Shown here: piece by piece, positions 24,901 to 38,774 of the stretch
Layout of the letters: each line of letters opens with the position of its first letter
Numbering within the stretch: the stretch's first letter is position 1
Assembly: GCA_047495785.1 (NCBI GenBank)
Contig: JBLDXI010000018.1
Coordinates: 62,001 to 126,000, forward strand
Direction: 5' to 3'
Length of the DNA stretch: 64,000 nucleotides
Source of the DNA: Lepidodermella squamata
Taxonomy: Eukaryota > Animalia > Gastrotricha
The notes under the pieces: model-generated
Told to the model about the DNA's origin: nothing
Seen by the model: only the letters and a program-made list of their open reading frames with translations
Databases searched by the model: none
Made by a program: the position numbers and the translations under genes

Positions 24901-26330
24901 CACAATATGCAGAAGGCAGTGATTAAGCGGTAGGCCACCCTTCTCGTGGCCAATAACGAGGTAGACATCGTCTGATTGGTGTAAATTCGGGTTCTGCATC
25001 AACGCTTGCGTTGTTTTATCAGTTTTCAGCCTCAATTCAGCCTCCGTCAGGCCAGGCGATCCTCCCGAGGCCTCTTCATCCTCTTCCGCAGAGGTGGCAG
25101 GGGCTTCCACGGTGTAACCAAATGTTTCAGCATCATTCTGCTGGAAATTGAAACTGCCCAAGTTGTAGAATGACCCACCGCCAGCTGAGTGATTTCGATA
25201 CATTTTGTAAACAGTCCCGCCTGTCCGGTCGTAGTGGTCGAACATATCGGTGGTAGAGCAGAACGGACCCGGTAAGACTAGGGTCATCATTAACTGAGAC
25301 ATGTTGTTCTTCCGCTCCGATGCGTGGCTAACCTCCATGCCACTGAAATCAGCCGCTCGAATAGAGAACCAGCAAGAGTTGACCTTCTCCCGATCTCCGA
25401 CACATTCCCATAATTCCGTGGACGTGTTGTAGATTGGGAAGTAAGGATTATCGTGCCGATTCAGCTTTCCATTCGCGAAAAATTCGTGGGAGTAACGACG
25501 GGCTAATTTAGGGTCGTTGTAAGGGTTCTTCTTTTGAACGCTCATTGTGTCCTCATCGTAGAGCTCGTGCGGCGCTTGTGTTGGGTCGAAGCCGCAGAAT
25601 TTTGTGCGGTTCGATGAGGCCTGAAGCCGTGTTGGCACAATGAAGGACCCGGGTGCGCACTGAATGTTGATTCGCCACACAACGTGACGCGCCCATGCGC
25701 ATCCAACCGGCAGTATCACTAAAAATGTTCGATAGAAGGAAAAAGCTTCAAAACTCTGGGGGAACAATGAAGCCTATTCTGGAACTATAAAATTTTCTGA
25801 AATTCTCAGATTTTCAGGTGGAAGTCTGGTTCGATTTTTACTACAAGACAGTAGTTGCTATTTCTTTTAAAAAATATTGGAACTATGGAACTGAAACTGG
25901 AGTCTTTCCAATGCTTTGTTTGAATAGATATTAGATGATCCCTACAACTTCCGCTCTATATTCCCAATCCATCCCGTCTTGCCTTTTCCTAGAATCCCTT
26001 TAATTTTCACTTCAAAAAGGTCGCATTCCAGGCCATTTCTGATTGGATGTGCGTCTTAATTGTATTTTCCTAAAAATTTCTAGTTCTAAAATTCAGCATT
26101 CAGCCACGTTTATGCATGCCGGTTCTTAATTGTTTCTACCTCGTCCTAGGCTTTTTCAAAAATTTTTACAAAAATGTCTCCATCACCTGTCTCCATAGCT
26201 TTTTCGCAGTTAACTTACGTATATGGTCGTATTTCCACGTAACATTGATGAACCTCTCCTTGACTTGCTGATCATTAGCTCCAGCGTGACCGACAATAAA
26301 TACAGCTGCCAGTATTGCGAAAAGGGCCAT
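21921..26330 (-). CDS. Uncharacterised type-I membrane protein D1 (conserved ectodomain, Thr-rich mucin stalk, TM, Ser-rich tail), ~900 aa
   Basis: Exons 26219-26330, 24857-25718, 23561-24679 (GC donor), 23345-23483, 21921-22391 splice in frame. A further micro-exon near 23261-23300 is possible, so the tail exons are less certain. Confidence 0.8.
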
Positions 26331-29300
26331 TTTGAAAGAAGAAGAGCATGAAGTTGATATTGACAATCCACGTATTCGAGCCGGCGGCCCAACAGATGAG
26401 CTAGTAATTAGGCGCATTTTTTCAGCTGAAATAAACGCCCAATTTGTACAGATTTCTCAATTCATTTTTTGAAACAGAAGCATCTACAGAAAAAATTCAG
26501 AATTATATAGTGTCCCAAAATTTGGCCTCTCCTCGAGTGGGCAATTCGTGTCATTAATTAGCTATTAAATTGAACTAAAATTAATGAGGGATGGCAGAAC
26601 GATGAAAACAAAAATAAAAGCGATAAACAAAAACAGGAAACAATATTGTAGAAAAGCGTTAAAAGTATATTATAATATTGCTGTCAATAATAACTAACTT
26701 GAGAGGGACATTTTTCACAGTTGAACGATCGCCACAAAACAAGTGAAAATCGCGTTCCGTCCCCGCGCGAAAAAATCTCGGGCGATACACATCATCGCAA
26801 AAGTTGACAGCGCGTAAATTTGCGCGGAAATAGCCTTAAAAATCTTCATTTTCTTCATCGACGTAGTATAAGGATTAAATGCAGAATATTGCATATATGT
26901 ATTTGTGGTCAAAATATGCGCGCGCTCGCTGCGAATGCATGTCCTATGTAACATAATATTATTACGCTAATTTTATACTATTTTTATTTATTGGTTTTTA
27001 TTTTTATGTCCGCCGCTTGCCATTTTTGTTGTGCCGACGCGCGATCAATTTTTATTATTTATCATCGTACAGGCAGAGGCGATGAATAAAAAATTTTCAT
27101 GTCCACTATTACGCGAAACGAGCGACATGTCTGCGCATCAATAATAATAATAATAACAGTGATAAATAAAATGAAAAATAATGGCAATAATCGTAAAATG
27201 TATAACAAATCGCTTTTAGGATCAAAAGTTGCGGTCAGCCGAGAAATCATCGCGTGAAACGATTATATCATGTTCTACTTTCCTTATTTTCGCCGCATAT
27301 ATACATCATGTAGTGATGGTTTATCGTCGTTGCCAGACGTTTCAATATCGGTCAAATCGCCAGTGACATTTAGTCATAGGCAGTGAAAATACATCAAATG
27401 TATTCCTTACCCTGACCCTGACCCTAACTCTTACATACGTAAAAAATTAGCTTAAAGATTGAAAATCGATATTTCCAAATTTTTCATTGTATTTTTGGCT
27501 AGATTTTGGCTTTCGACATTCAAAATATCAGGAAGAGTCTAATAAATTATTCAGATTTTTTAGGAAGAAAGAAACTAATGTTTGATTGAAAAAAACACAT
27601 ATGGCAGATAAATCCTAACTGCTTGCCCTAAGACACATAAAGTTGAGAACTAAGGATAGCTATTGTTTTCTAATTAAATATTGCATTCGTATACTAGGGT
27701 GCTAACGAGCTAGTTAAAAAAAATTGAAATTAAAAGAAACTCATTCATTTCCAACATGCCAGAAAATTGTGGCTTGCTGGGACATCCGAAATATGAGGAA
27801 TTCTTCATTCCCATTTAGTTCACTGACCTATGGTTACTCCGCAGAACAACAAAATTAGGTCATTTCCTATAGTTGCATTTATCGTCAAACAACTTTTACT
27901 ATTTATGGTATCAAGTAATCCCGATAAGAAAATTCGAAATTTGAAAATCAGCGAACGGATTTGAGTTACTAATATCGAATCGGTGGGAATTTCTGAGAGG
28001 AAAGGACATAATGACGGGCAACATTAGCCAGTTTTTGTCCTGAGATTAGTCCATTTTTTAGCGAATAGTAATAAATAAGAACTCACAATTAAGACTATAG
28101 TCGGTCACGTTTTTATGAAGCGTAAAGGACATTCATTTTGAAAAGTAATAAAAACCGCGTTGACCAACTTAATTAGGTCATCCTAGGCCGCTTTTTTGCC
28201 GCCCATCGCGAGCCACTGGCTATATACAATAATGCAGTTAATAAATTTTTCTATAATATGTGGCTCTAGATCAGCGGGTACAAAAATGTTAGGATATGAA
28301 AATGTAATTTATAGCCTCTACTATCTATATAGTATATAGGGGGATATCTACTGAAGCTATATTGTAGTACCTAGCTATTAGGCGAAAAAACGCCAGAGAC
28401 ACGCACACGGGACATTTCCTTCCGCGTTCATTTTTCCCGAAAAAATTACTTGCCTCATAAAATAAAGCGTGATAAAATCAATTTTTTAACGTAAAAACCG
28501 AAATCCTATTAAAAAGGAATTTTCCTGAGGACCAGAAAAAAATGATTAAAATCAATAAATAATCACGCGGCTTGTGATTAAATTTTACTTTCATGACGCC
28601 TCATATACTTTTTTTCTGAGAAAAATCTCAGGCTAAAAAGGCGCCGCCCCAACTTTTGTACTAATATATAATCGGAGCGAGCCTGGATTTTTCACGCGTA
28701 TAAAAAGAGATGTCAAGATGGCAAATTGAATAGCGGCGCGTGAAAGTACTAATTAAAAAAATCTCACTCAATTTAAAAGTTGAATGCATCAAAGTCTCAC
28801 ATTAATTCACGGGTTATCAAGAGAGGGAAAAAACTTATTATAATCAAGTCTTGTAGTTGATATGAGAACACGGCTTCATATACCTATCGAGTATTGGGTT
28901 ACGATGCGCAGTATGTAAATGGTAATAACGATTGTTGATTATTACATGAATTGGAACAACAAATTGTTCAGTGTAAGATAACATTAGCGCGGTTTTTTCC
29001 ATCATCAAGGGCCTAAATTGCGCCTGTTCAACATCTATATCGCAGCACCATTAGCAACGGGTGTGCGTAAATCATTAGCCAAGTACCTTGTATTAGGGAT
29101 AATTGATGTAATTACTGCGTTCTAGAAAAGTCTGGAAACATAGGACTAAGCGCAACGTATATTTTCAAGGCATGATAAAAGTATATTACAAATTTCGAAA
29201 TTGTTATGATTTGATTTAAAACCTTTCCAATTGGAATTTTCCATTAATTTCAGGCGCCATCCGCTGTATAATTGAGATATAATTTTGTCTTAACAACATA

Positions 29301-32300
29301 ATTCATCAAACTGAAAGAGAATTCTCATCGATTCCTAGCCTATATGGGAAATTTTTCTAGTTCGAGTATTCCTCTTTACTTATTTTAGGCCGATATCAGT
29401 CCATCCTCTAAACTTAACGATTTGATCCTATCTATCTCACTAAAACAGTAATTAAACGTCGCCATTCCTTTCCTTTTATACCTAAGGTCTTATAATCGAT
29501 ATTCATATTATTTATTCAATTTTCGGTAAGCCGAATATTTTGAAAGGTAATCAGAAATCCTTAATTTAGACATCATTTAAATGTTTTCATCTTCCTTATC
29601 CCAGAACTTGGCCGTTCCTATGTTGTCTAATCCTATGTTACAGCGTTAGGCAAGACCTCAGGAGAGTTCTAAAATTGGAAAATACTACAGTCCAAGCGAA
29701 TGAGGTTATAATTACCTCATGGCTTAGTTATCCAATATTCAAGTGCTTAATGAGTTATAGGAAAATTCGAAAAAAATGCACAAGAGGTTTTTTGGGGTCA
29801 CGGAATTGCGCCATTCATAAACTGTGGCCGTGAACGCTATAGCCGGAAAAATAGTTGTGATAAAATCTATCTCATTTTTCGACACGTTCATTTACATATT
29901 ATTTACAACAAAAAGCTATATTATTATATAACCAATCGCTATTGAGAAAATGAAAGTAGTATATCGTAGACGATTTAGGTTTGAAAATAACCGCATAATC
30001 AGCTATACCTAGTGTAATATTATTGTTTTAGGCTGAAATCGAGTGGAGTAAATAAATCGCCCTCGGCTTCGAACGTGATAATAGTGCCGAATTTTTTTTC
30101 GCCACGGTTTTACCATAAACAAATCGCCGGTGGTTAAAAACGGAAAAAGCGCACGCGCCCTTCTTTTTATGAGTAATAATAATAATAGACACACCTAATG
30201 TAATGATAATATAATAAGGACCAAAAAAACCCTGAAAAGCACGCAAGCAGATCTAAGATCATTATCTGATGCTTGATCAACCGCGGAAATGAATAAAGTG
30301 TTAGCGTCCAGCAGCAGCAGTGAATTGTTCAACTGAAACGCGTTAAAAGCCGTTGTATGGTAGGATGAAAGCTGAAAGCTGATAAAAACCTCAACGCAGC
30401 AAAAAATGTTGAGTTGTTTTCGCGGCTTATTCCGATTTTTTCGCCTATAGATTATCGGTGTGTTTATTTTTTCTAGATAATAGCGCCCTATATACCTGTT
30501 TTAAGGTGTGGAAGGGTGATGAGTGTAAAGAAAATACAGGCATAAATACAAAGTGGTACAACAAGCGAAAGAGTTGTTGGCCTATTGCGAGGATTTCCAC
30601 CGAGCGAAAACAACAATATTATTTTGCGGCTGAATGTCGGTGAAAAATAACAATGTTTCATGAATGGTGAAAAGCGTAAATTGGGAAATATCAATTACAT
30701 AAAAATTTTAAAACTGATTGCTTTCTCCTTAAAAGCAGAAAAATAGGGAAAAATAGGAACCTTCGAGAACTTTTTTAAACATATTGTAATATATACCCAT
30801 AGTCTTTTGGAACTGAAATTTTGCTTATTCCTCCATAATTTGTTCATTTTCCCGATTTTATAAACCTCAATCTCAGGAAAATTAATTTAAAATGGTAGCC
30901 AGATCAATAGGAATCAACAATCGGGAAATATCGGGAAAAATACCAAAAATTACCGAACCTTTTACCAAAGGGTTTTCGGGTTTTCTCCGGAAAATTGTTC
31001 TGTAAAATTGCGCGGATGGTGGATGTGAGATTCCGGAGATTCCAGAAAAATAGTTACATTTTCCCCAATAAAAATATTTGATAATGGGACCTTTTTCCTA
31101 AAAATAGTCTATAGTCCTACTCTGTGTTTTTCGGAAATTTTATTCCTCCCCTTTTGTCCCCATTGATTGGCCTTTTCTCATTTCTATAATCAAGGTTTCG
31201 ATATTATAGCCCAAGTTGGATTGCCAAAGTATTCCTAGACTATTTAGCTTCTCCATGATCCTGATCCAATATCATTCCTACTTCTATCCCTCTTCCCTCC
31301 TTTGGCACTGATTTACTATAATTAGCCTTTAACCTACATTACCACCCAATTCTGTAGATTTAGTGCGATTCCAGAGCTTTTCAAAATCTTCCCCGCTTTT
31401 TTCCTATTCTGAGATGATCTTAGTCCCCCAAATTATCTCATGCGACTATATACTTATCCCTTCTCTGCAATTCAGTGCAACTGACCATCTTCATTTTTTT
31501 CAATTATGCAAATCCTAACTATCCTATCCCATAGGATTATTGAGTGTATTCCCAATTTTTAGGGCATTTTCTTAGAAATTCAAATTCTTACAATAGGAAT
31601 AGGGTCGGCAACTTTTTGAACAGAAAAAAAGATTCCTTTAATTAGGTGCTAAATTGAAGGAGAGAACAAGAACGGCTCATTGTTGGTGTAGTATCTAATA
31701 CGGCTCAGAAGTGCGTTTATTTACCGCGCAATATAATTAACAGCAGCGTGCTCGAGTTCAAGGACAACAATCGCGTGTTTTTACTCGCCAGCGCTTAGCG
31801 ACATACAAATAGACTACTACAGACAAAGCGCAAGGGACCGGCGGCGTGGCTGCTGCTGCTGCAATCTCGGCGGCGGCTCGCAGTGTTCCCTACTTGCCTT
31901 ACCTTGGCAGACACTGCTTGCTGCTTAATACGAGAGCGCGTTGTTTGTAATAATTACTACAACAATTGTTATTTTGAATAATATTCTGCGTTCAAGTATT
32001 CTCATGGCACACCTTGTTATCGTCCTCGACATAGACGCGTGTTTTTGCCTCATAAATAAATAATTATTACTACTACATACTGCGGTTGTTCTTTCTGATC
32101 TTGAAATGCACCCGTCGAAACAAAACCGCAGAAGGAAAAAAATAAGTTTTATTTCGAAAAATTTCAATAAAACAATCCACGTTGTTCACGGACAGTTGTT
32201 GTTATAATATAATGAAAAAATCGAGGATTGGCAGTGCATTTTAGGGTTGAATATATGTTGGAAGCGGTGAGACGAAAAAATTTTGTCAGCAGCATATTTT

Positions 32301-32617
32301 TTTTACAATTTTTTCCAGATTTTTCCATTCGCGACTTTTTAGGCTTTTAGATAGATGAGCACAACCGAAGACGTCGATTTTTACGAGTTACAATAAATAG
32401 CTATTAATCGACAAAATAAAGATACACAAATTTCCGAGGGTCTATAATGTCTCTAATAGTAATATACATACGATCGAATACAAAGAATAGATCAAAATGA
32501 TGAATAAATTTGCACCGGGTAATTTTGCAGAGATTCGATTGGTTTGAAATCGGCTTTCATTTGATTGTCATCGTTTGCGTTGAGATTCCGCTGGTTGAAG
32601 ACTCGGGTCATTTTAGT

Positions 32618-35600
32618 TTATCGAGTGCTGGAAGAAATGAGGAAAAATTAAGACAAAAATGTAGAAGAAATTTGGGAAATTTAGGAATTTTGAGAAAATT
32701 TTAAATACATTTTCATTTTAAAATTTGATTTTTTATGGATTTTAATTTCCTAAATTAGAAAAAAATCACGTTCCCAACATTTTCATTTTTCAAAACTGAA
32801 GTTCGGAATTTCAAGGAGTTTAAATTTGGATTCGGAGATTTTTTTTGAATTTTTCAAATAATAGTTTGATTTGGAAAAAATGAATTCTTACCAGAAATAT
32901 AGGACGCCAATGCTTCCGAGAACCATAGCCGCAATAATGCCGCCAATAACGAGCCAAATGCTCCAGAAACACAGCAGGCCGCACTCGGGTTTCGCCTCGC
33001 CCGACAACTGCGCCGCACTCTGCGTAGCCATCGACGAATTATTCAAGCGTGACGTGGCCTTGGTCGTCTCGCTCTTGACGGTCGTCATCGCGGAAGTTTC
33101 GGTTTTCGCCAATTCCATCGAAGAATCAACCGCCTGATTCTCCATCTCATCCGACGATTTCTCAACCGAACACCAGTCAAGCGTGACGTTTTTCAGTAAA
33201 ACGACTAAATGATGGCTGTAAGGCGCTAAATATCGATACGGCCATAGCGATTGAAGTAGGGAAGCATGTTCATCGCCGACCACGAGAAATTCGTAAAGGG
33301 CTACGCCGATTTGAACATGGCCGTTTGAGTTCGATTTTGTCGGAATTCGATCGGCGTCGAAATTTATCGATAGGTTGATCAGACCGGTTTCTTCATCGAG
33401 TGATTCGATGCTGAATATATTGCGGTAGCGAGCCGCGTGTTGCAGCGCGGTCATGTCGTCGTAGAATGTTGAGTAGTTGGATCGCCAAGTCGACGTACCA
33501 CTGTCTGGGATTATTTGGATGAAATTTACGTGGATGTTGGCGAGGATTGATTTTAGAAAATCGGCTCTGAAATAGAAAATAATATCGACATGAAATGCAT
33601 AAGTTATCCAGGGAGTTATTATTTAGTTTTATTTGGGAGAAAAATGTTTTGAACTCCAAACAATTAAAACAGGAATTTTAAAATTTTTGAAAAATGCATG
33701 GCGAAAATAAATTAAAAAATAAATAAATTAATTAATTAAATTATTATTTTAAATTTTCGAAAACTTTTTTCACCAAATGTCACTGGAGTTGTAAAATGTC
33801 GGTGCACCCACCGGTTACCTTCAATCTAGAGTTCCAGCCCTAATTTCTAGGTCCCAGTGCTACATTTTCCCAAAAAATGGAGGTTCAATAGGTTCAGTCC
33901 TATTTAAGAGGGCTGTGATCGTACATAAATAAAATTAATAACAACATTATAACGACGTTATAGTGCGACACAGAAAAAAATCTATCGTACACTTTTTATT
34001 GATGGTGCTATATTATTGCTTATTCTGCTGCTTCAATTGCATCCTTCACTACAGTCATTATCACTAGCTTCAGCATATCGTTTTCGATTAACGGGTCAAT
34101 CGAATCACGAGTTTCAAGATGAATGATAGATAGCGTGTTATTATCTAATTTTATCGCACACCTGCTACCTTTTAACTGGTATCAAACAGCTTTTTCAGTA
34201 CAATAAGAAGCTGGCATAACCGCTGAGAAATATTGTTCTCCTTTGAAAAATTCCACAATCATTCGATGACTTGAAATGACTTGAAATCTAGCTATTGCAT
34301 CTTTGAAAATGGCAGCTTTTACGAGGCATTTCAATATTATGCCAAATAAGGGGTGAGACGGTAAATTTGTCAACTTGGGGAAGACTAGTTTGTGATCAAA
34401 ATCACAGAAGAAAGGCATCAGAATACAGGTAGTTTGTGGCACTAAAAATGCGGCTATTGGCGAATTGAAAATTGAGTTAGCTTTTGGTAGTTTTTGTATC
34501 ACGATTATTTTTTCGAGAAAAATAGTAGAAACTAGCTTTTCAGTTTCAGCAAAAGAATTGGAACATCGCCTTGTGGCCATTGGCTATGCAGACCGCGAGG
34601 GCAGTGTTTCACCTGTGCGCGCAATGTCAAAATTTATGAATGAAGGAAATGACCTAAATGACGTGAATAACGTGAATAACGTAAGAGAATATTAGAACTA
34701 CGCAAACAGCAGCAAAATATCACAGTATTTTTTTGCTGCAAATAAAACTTAGCGCGAGCGATTTCTATTAGCGTTATAAGCAAAAAAAAATTTATAAAAA
34801 ATTTATTACTCTTTCGATCACAGCCCTCTAAATCAGTTAATTTGTTATGATTTTTGGAGAATTCCCAAATTTACAATTCGATGTCCTCACCTGTCTTTTT
34901 TCCATAGCCAAGCCGCGTATGAAGCATTTCTCGGCGTCAGGGTGGCTAAACACTTTTTCAACCTATACCCAACGCCTTTCGACTGGCCCTTAACCGCGAT
35001 GTGGACATTCTCCGACTGGTGAACGTTGAAGCCACTCGGCAGTTGGCTGAAAGCATCGCCGCGGTACCGAGTTGTCGCCACCGAGTAACCCTCTTCATCC
35101 TGCTTATCCTGTCTCGGCGATGAGGGCGTGAAGTCTAGATTGATGACAGGATCGTCCTGTAATTGAACTCCGCCACTGCCTTCACTAGGCTCCATCGATT
35201 TGTTGGAGAAATCTTCTGTTTTTATGGAGACCTCAGGCTGAGTGGAAGCACTGGACGGCTGTTTGATTTCTGTTTTGAATACAGTTCCGCCTGATCGGTC
35301 GAGATATTCGTAAGAATCGACTGTTGAACAGTAAGGACCAGGTAGGACTAATGTTGCAATAGCTGGTCTGTAAAATATAGACAGTCAAGGGAAAGTTATA
35401 GGATTAGGTTAGAGATAAGGCCAGGGATAAAATTTCAAATTGAAATGGCAACACGGCTAGGAATAAGGATCTCATTTGAATAAGGAAGCAAAACATATTG
35501 GAATTAGAAAAAATTGCCAAATAATAGGGACAAGACAATATCAGAATTAGGAATAGGTCTCATAATAACAGTTAGGTGGGAGTTAGGAATTAGGATTGAA

Positions 35601-38600
35601 GGCTATGGGTTATGGTTAGGATTAGGTACAGTAATCGAAGATTTTTCTCACAAAAAGATAGGATTTCCAGTAGATTAGAAGCCCGCTATTAGTATTAAAT
35701 AGGATTATTACCCATTGGCCTTTGTAAAGTCCTCAATTCCATCAGCACCGCCGTGAGAAGCTGGAGTTCCGATATAGTCATTCGCCCTAACTAGAAAAGA
35801 ACACCCAGCCGGCTTCGCCTCGCTTGTCCCATTTTTAACGACTTCATTCGTTCCAACGCAGTTCCAGTAAGACGTCGATTGTGAATAGATAGGAAAATAA
35901 GGCAGATCGTAGCGATTTATCTGGCCATCGCCAAAAATTCGAGACGACAGCTGGCGGGCTTGTTTCAAATACGCGAATTCGTTCGCTTTCTGGTGAGACA
36001 CGTAAGGCCTCGAGAACAGATCGTGTCGAGTTTGCGTATTTTCGCAGTAATACGAGCTGTTTGTTGAAGCTTGTAAACGCGTTGGCACGTAGAAATGGCC
36101 GATAGGACAGGCCATCCGGATGCGCCAGGTAACATCAGCAGCCCACGGACAGCCGACTGGCAAAATTACTGAAACGAAAAGAAAACTTCGAGTAGGGGTA
36201 TCTAATAAACAACATGTTTCGTTATCCTAATCCATACCAACCGCATATCAACTACGAAGGAATAATGGCCCGACAAATTCGGGCGCTTAGGCTCCACAAA
36301 TATGAACCATGAGTCGCAAGGTACATTGCCACTCCCCCTCCTCCCCTCCCGTACTTGGCGCTCTGTCGGCGATTCTTACGGAACCCCCAACTCTCCGGTG
36401 TCCCCTACATCGAATGTATTTTCAGCGAGCGTCTCCAAAGGCAATGTTGCAGCTGGCACTGGTCTTGAAAAACTTTGCCCCACCTTTCTTACAGCCTCGA
36501 CAAATTAAGGATAACCCTAAAATCGCTAATTGAATGCTGATTGCTGAATTGAACTTTCAACTTTCAGCCTTGAATCTTTGCAACTGGATGCCCTCAACCT
36601 GGTCGATCAGAACGCGGCATTGAAAACGATTAGGTTGTAGGTCAACCAGGCTGCGACGTGGCCTCTCTTTCAGACTTTGTTCCTATCAGTCGCGGAACTG
36701 GAGCAACATAAGCAGATGATGTGAATCTGCCGTGAGCGACTTCGCAGTAGAAGTGTCGCGGCTTGACAAGCTCACAATATGTATATACAGCTGGCAAATA
36801 ACGTTTGCAATACAGCTTATGGGTTGCCAATTTCTCCGCAGTACGTCACAACTTCCGTTGCTTATTTCAGCTGCTCCTGGCAAGTGCACCTGGTATTTTC
36901 TGTATCACGCGCTTGCACTGATTATCACTGTATACTTGTGTCACTGGGCAAATACAAATCTTTCAGAGGAGTTTTGCTGAAAGTCAAACAAAAAATTGAT
37001 CAAAACAACAGCTGATTTGAAAACCGGCGCAAAAAAACCGCCTGCATTGAGGGTATAAAATGGGCCTCTTCTCACACGAAATGTCATATTCCTCAAGTTC
37101 GCAATCCAATTCGACTAAATGGCTCACTTCAACCTCGCTATCCTCCTGTTCTGCGTTGCCGCCTGCAGCGCCAGCCCCTGTGCTCGCCAGGGAAACCAGT
37201 CTGGAGATGACTTCTCGGCTATCCTCGCAACTCTGCAACAAGCTCTGGAGACGTGCACAACCCAGGACATCGAGGCAGCCGTTGAAGCCCAGTAAGTGAC
37301 TCGTCTGCTCTCATCATACATCCAAGCTCCCTTTTGCAGGATGGACTTCACCCCTGTTGTCGAATGCGTTGCAGCCCACGCAGGGGAAGTTGTTGCCCAT
37401 TTCGCCCAGGGTAAGTAATCATTTCTGACTTCTTGGATAGTAAGCCATGTATTTATTCACAGCCCAGAACACTGACAACGCCACTGTTGTCCAGGCTGTT
37501 GCCGACGCCCTGAACGCCATTCTTTTCAACGGCTGCGACATCGACGCGGTCGTCAGCACTCAGTGCCAACTGCCTGAAGATCCTGAGAACGAGGAACAGG
37601 TCCTCGGATTCGTCGAGTGTGTCCGCGCTCTGTTCGCCGATGAGGATTTCGATGACATGTTCCCCCAGTGCGTGCCCTTCAAGGATGCTTTCAGTGTCGC
37701 CGCTGCTAGGGCACTGCCGACGTGTGACCTAACGAGCCCGTCGTGCATCATGCAAATCAGCGTGGCTACGCAAATGAACCAAGTTGTGAGCAGTATCGTG
37801 AGCACTATCGTTAAAAAAAGCAATACACTGGCTTCTGACACTATCAAGTATATGAAAGCGTAATCCTGCCGTTGGGCTGCCAGTTTCATCTGCAAACCGT
37901 AATGCGATGAGAGACATTTCAAGCATAATTATAATATATAATAATATACCGGTGTTTGTTAGGATTAAGACACGGGAGTTCGGGCAATAAACTTGAAGCA
38001 AATAATAATTGCGATGCCTTTTTGTAAAATGTATGAAATTTCGATGAGATTAAAGGTTACATATTCCTATTCCCATCTTATATCGAAAATTATCAACGTC
38101 TCGATGGGTACGTTTGCATACCTAATGCAACCCTAATAAAATCATTGCGGTCCTATAGATAACTCTCAGCTTTCGAATTCGCAATTTGTGTTTATTGCTT
38201 TCCCTATTAGGAATCATAGCTTCAATCTTCTCATTCCTGTCCGTATTTTAACTAGATTTCCTATGGGGCGGAAATATTTCACGAAATTTTAAAATTGCCC
38301 ACTCCTAAAGGCTCATCCTAAATCATTCCTATTTATATATTCAACGGAAACTAAGTCTATAATATTTGAAATATCCGTGAATAATTCAAGTCTAATTGTT
38401 CAACATCCGCAAAATGACCGAAAAAAAAGAAAATTGTTCCATTATTTTATGTTTGCCAACTTACTTGATCCTAATAAAGCTTGGGAGTTATTAATTCCTT
38501 TTTAACTAAATACTTTTTCAAAAATGAGAATTGTCTTTGGCTTTTTCTGCTGACCCGACCCACCGAAACTATTCCAGATTGCTGATATTACTGTTGATAA

Positions 38601-38774
38601 TTATCGCAATATTTTTAAACAAATTCAGAAGCGCTTACGAATGTGGTTAAACCGCCACTCGACATCGATGATTTGCGATTTCGATCCCGGCTGCTCGGTT
38701 GTGGCTGGATTCGCTCGAGTACCGCTCGAGCCGATTATGAGGAACAAAGCAGAGATTAAGGCGTACAATTTCAT
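32618..38774 (-). CDS. Uncharacterised type-I membrane protein D2, paralogue of D1 with almost no cytoplasmic tail, ~584 aa
   Basis: Exons 38639-38774, 35712-36168, 34891-35367, 32892-33566 and a putative 10-nt terminal coding exon 32618-32627 (..FCTR*). Shares ILPVGC.WA, VPTRLQAS, PYFPIY, LVLPGPYCST, YSTFYDDMTA, WPYRY with D1 and D3. Confidence 0.8.
33908..34828. mobile_element. Non-autonomous DNA transposon in D2 intron
   Basis: TIR gagggctgtgatcg (33908-33921) / cgatcacagccctc (34815-34828), TAA on both flanks. No transposase motif seen inside. Confidence 0.65.
37054..37060 (+). promoter_or_regulatory. TATA box of the nested gene
   Basis: TATAAAA ~65 nt upstream of ATG 37119; AATAAA at 37987 downstream of the stop. 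Confidence 0.55.
37119..37863 (+). CDS. Nested antisense gene: secreted acidic, probably helical, Cys-containing protein, ~214 aa
   Basis: Exons 37119-37291, 37340-37410, 37463-37863 (645 nt, both donors gtaagt). Signal peptide MAHFNLAILLFCVAACSA; strongly C/T-ending codons; lies in intron 1 of D2. Confidence 0.85.

Noticed and set aside
34182-34580. 132-aa ORF as a transposase of the intronic element
   Set aside because: No DDE or DNA-binding motif seen; too short.
35395-35705. TTAGG-like words suggesting interstitial telomeric repeats (and the pyrimidine tract at 43020-43160)
   Set aside because: Irregular low-complexity intronic sequence without tandem periodicity.
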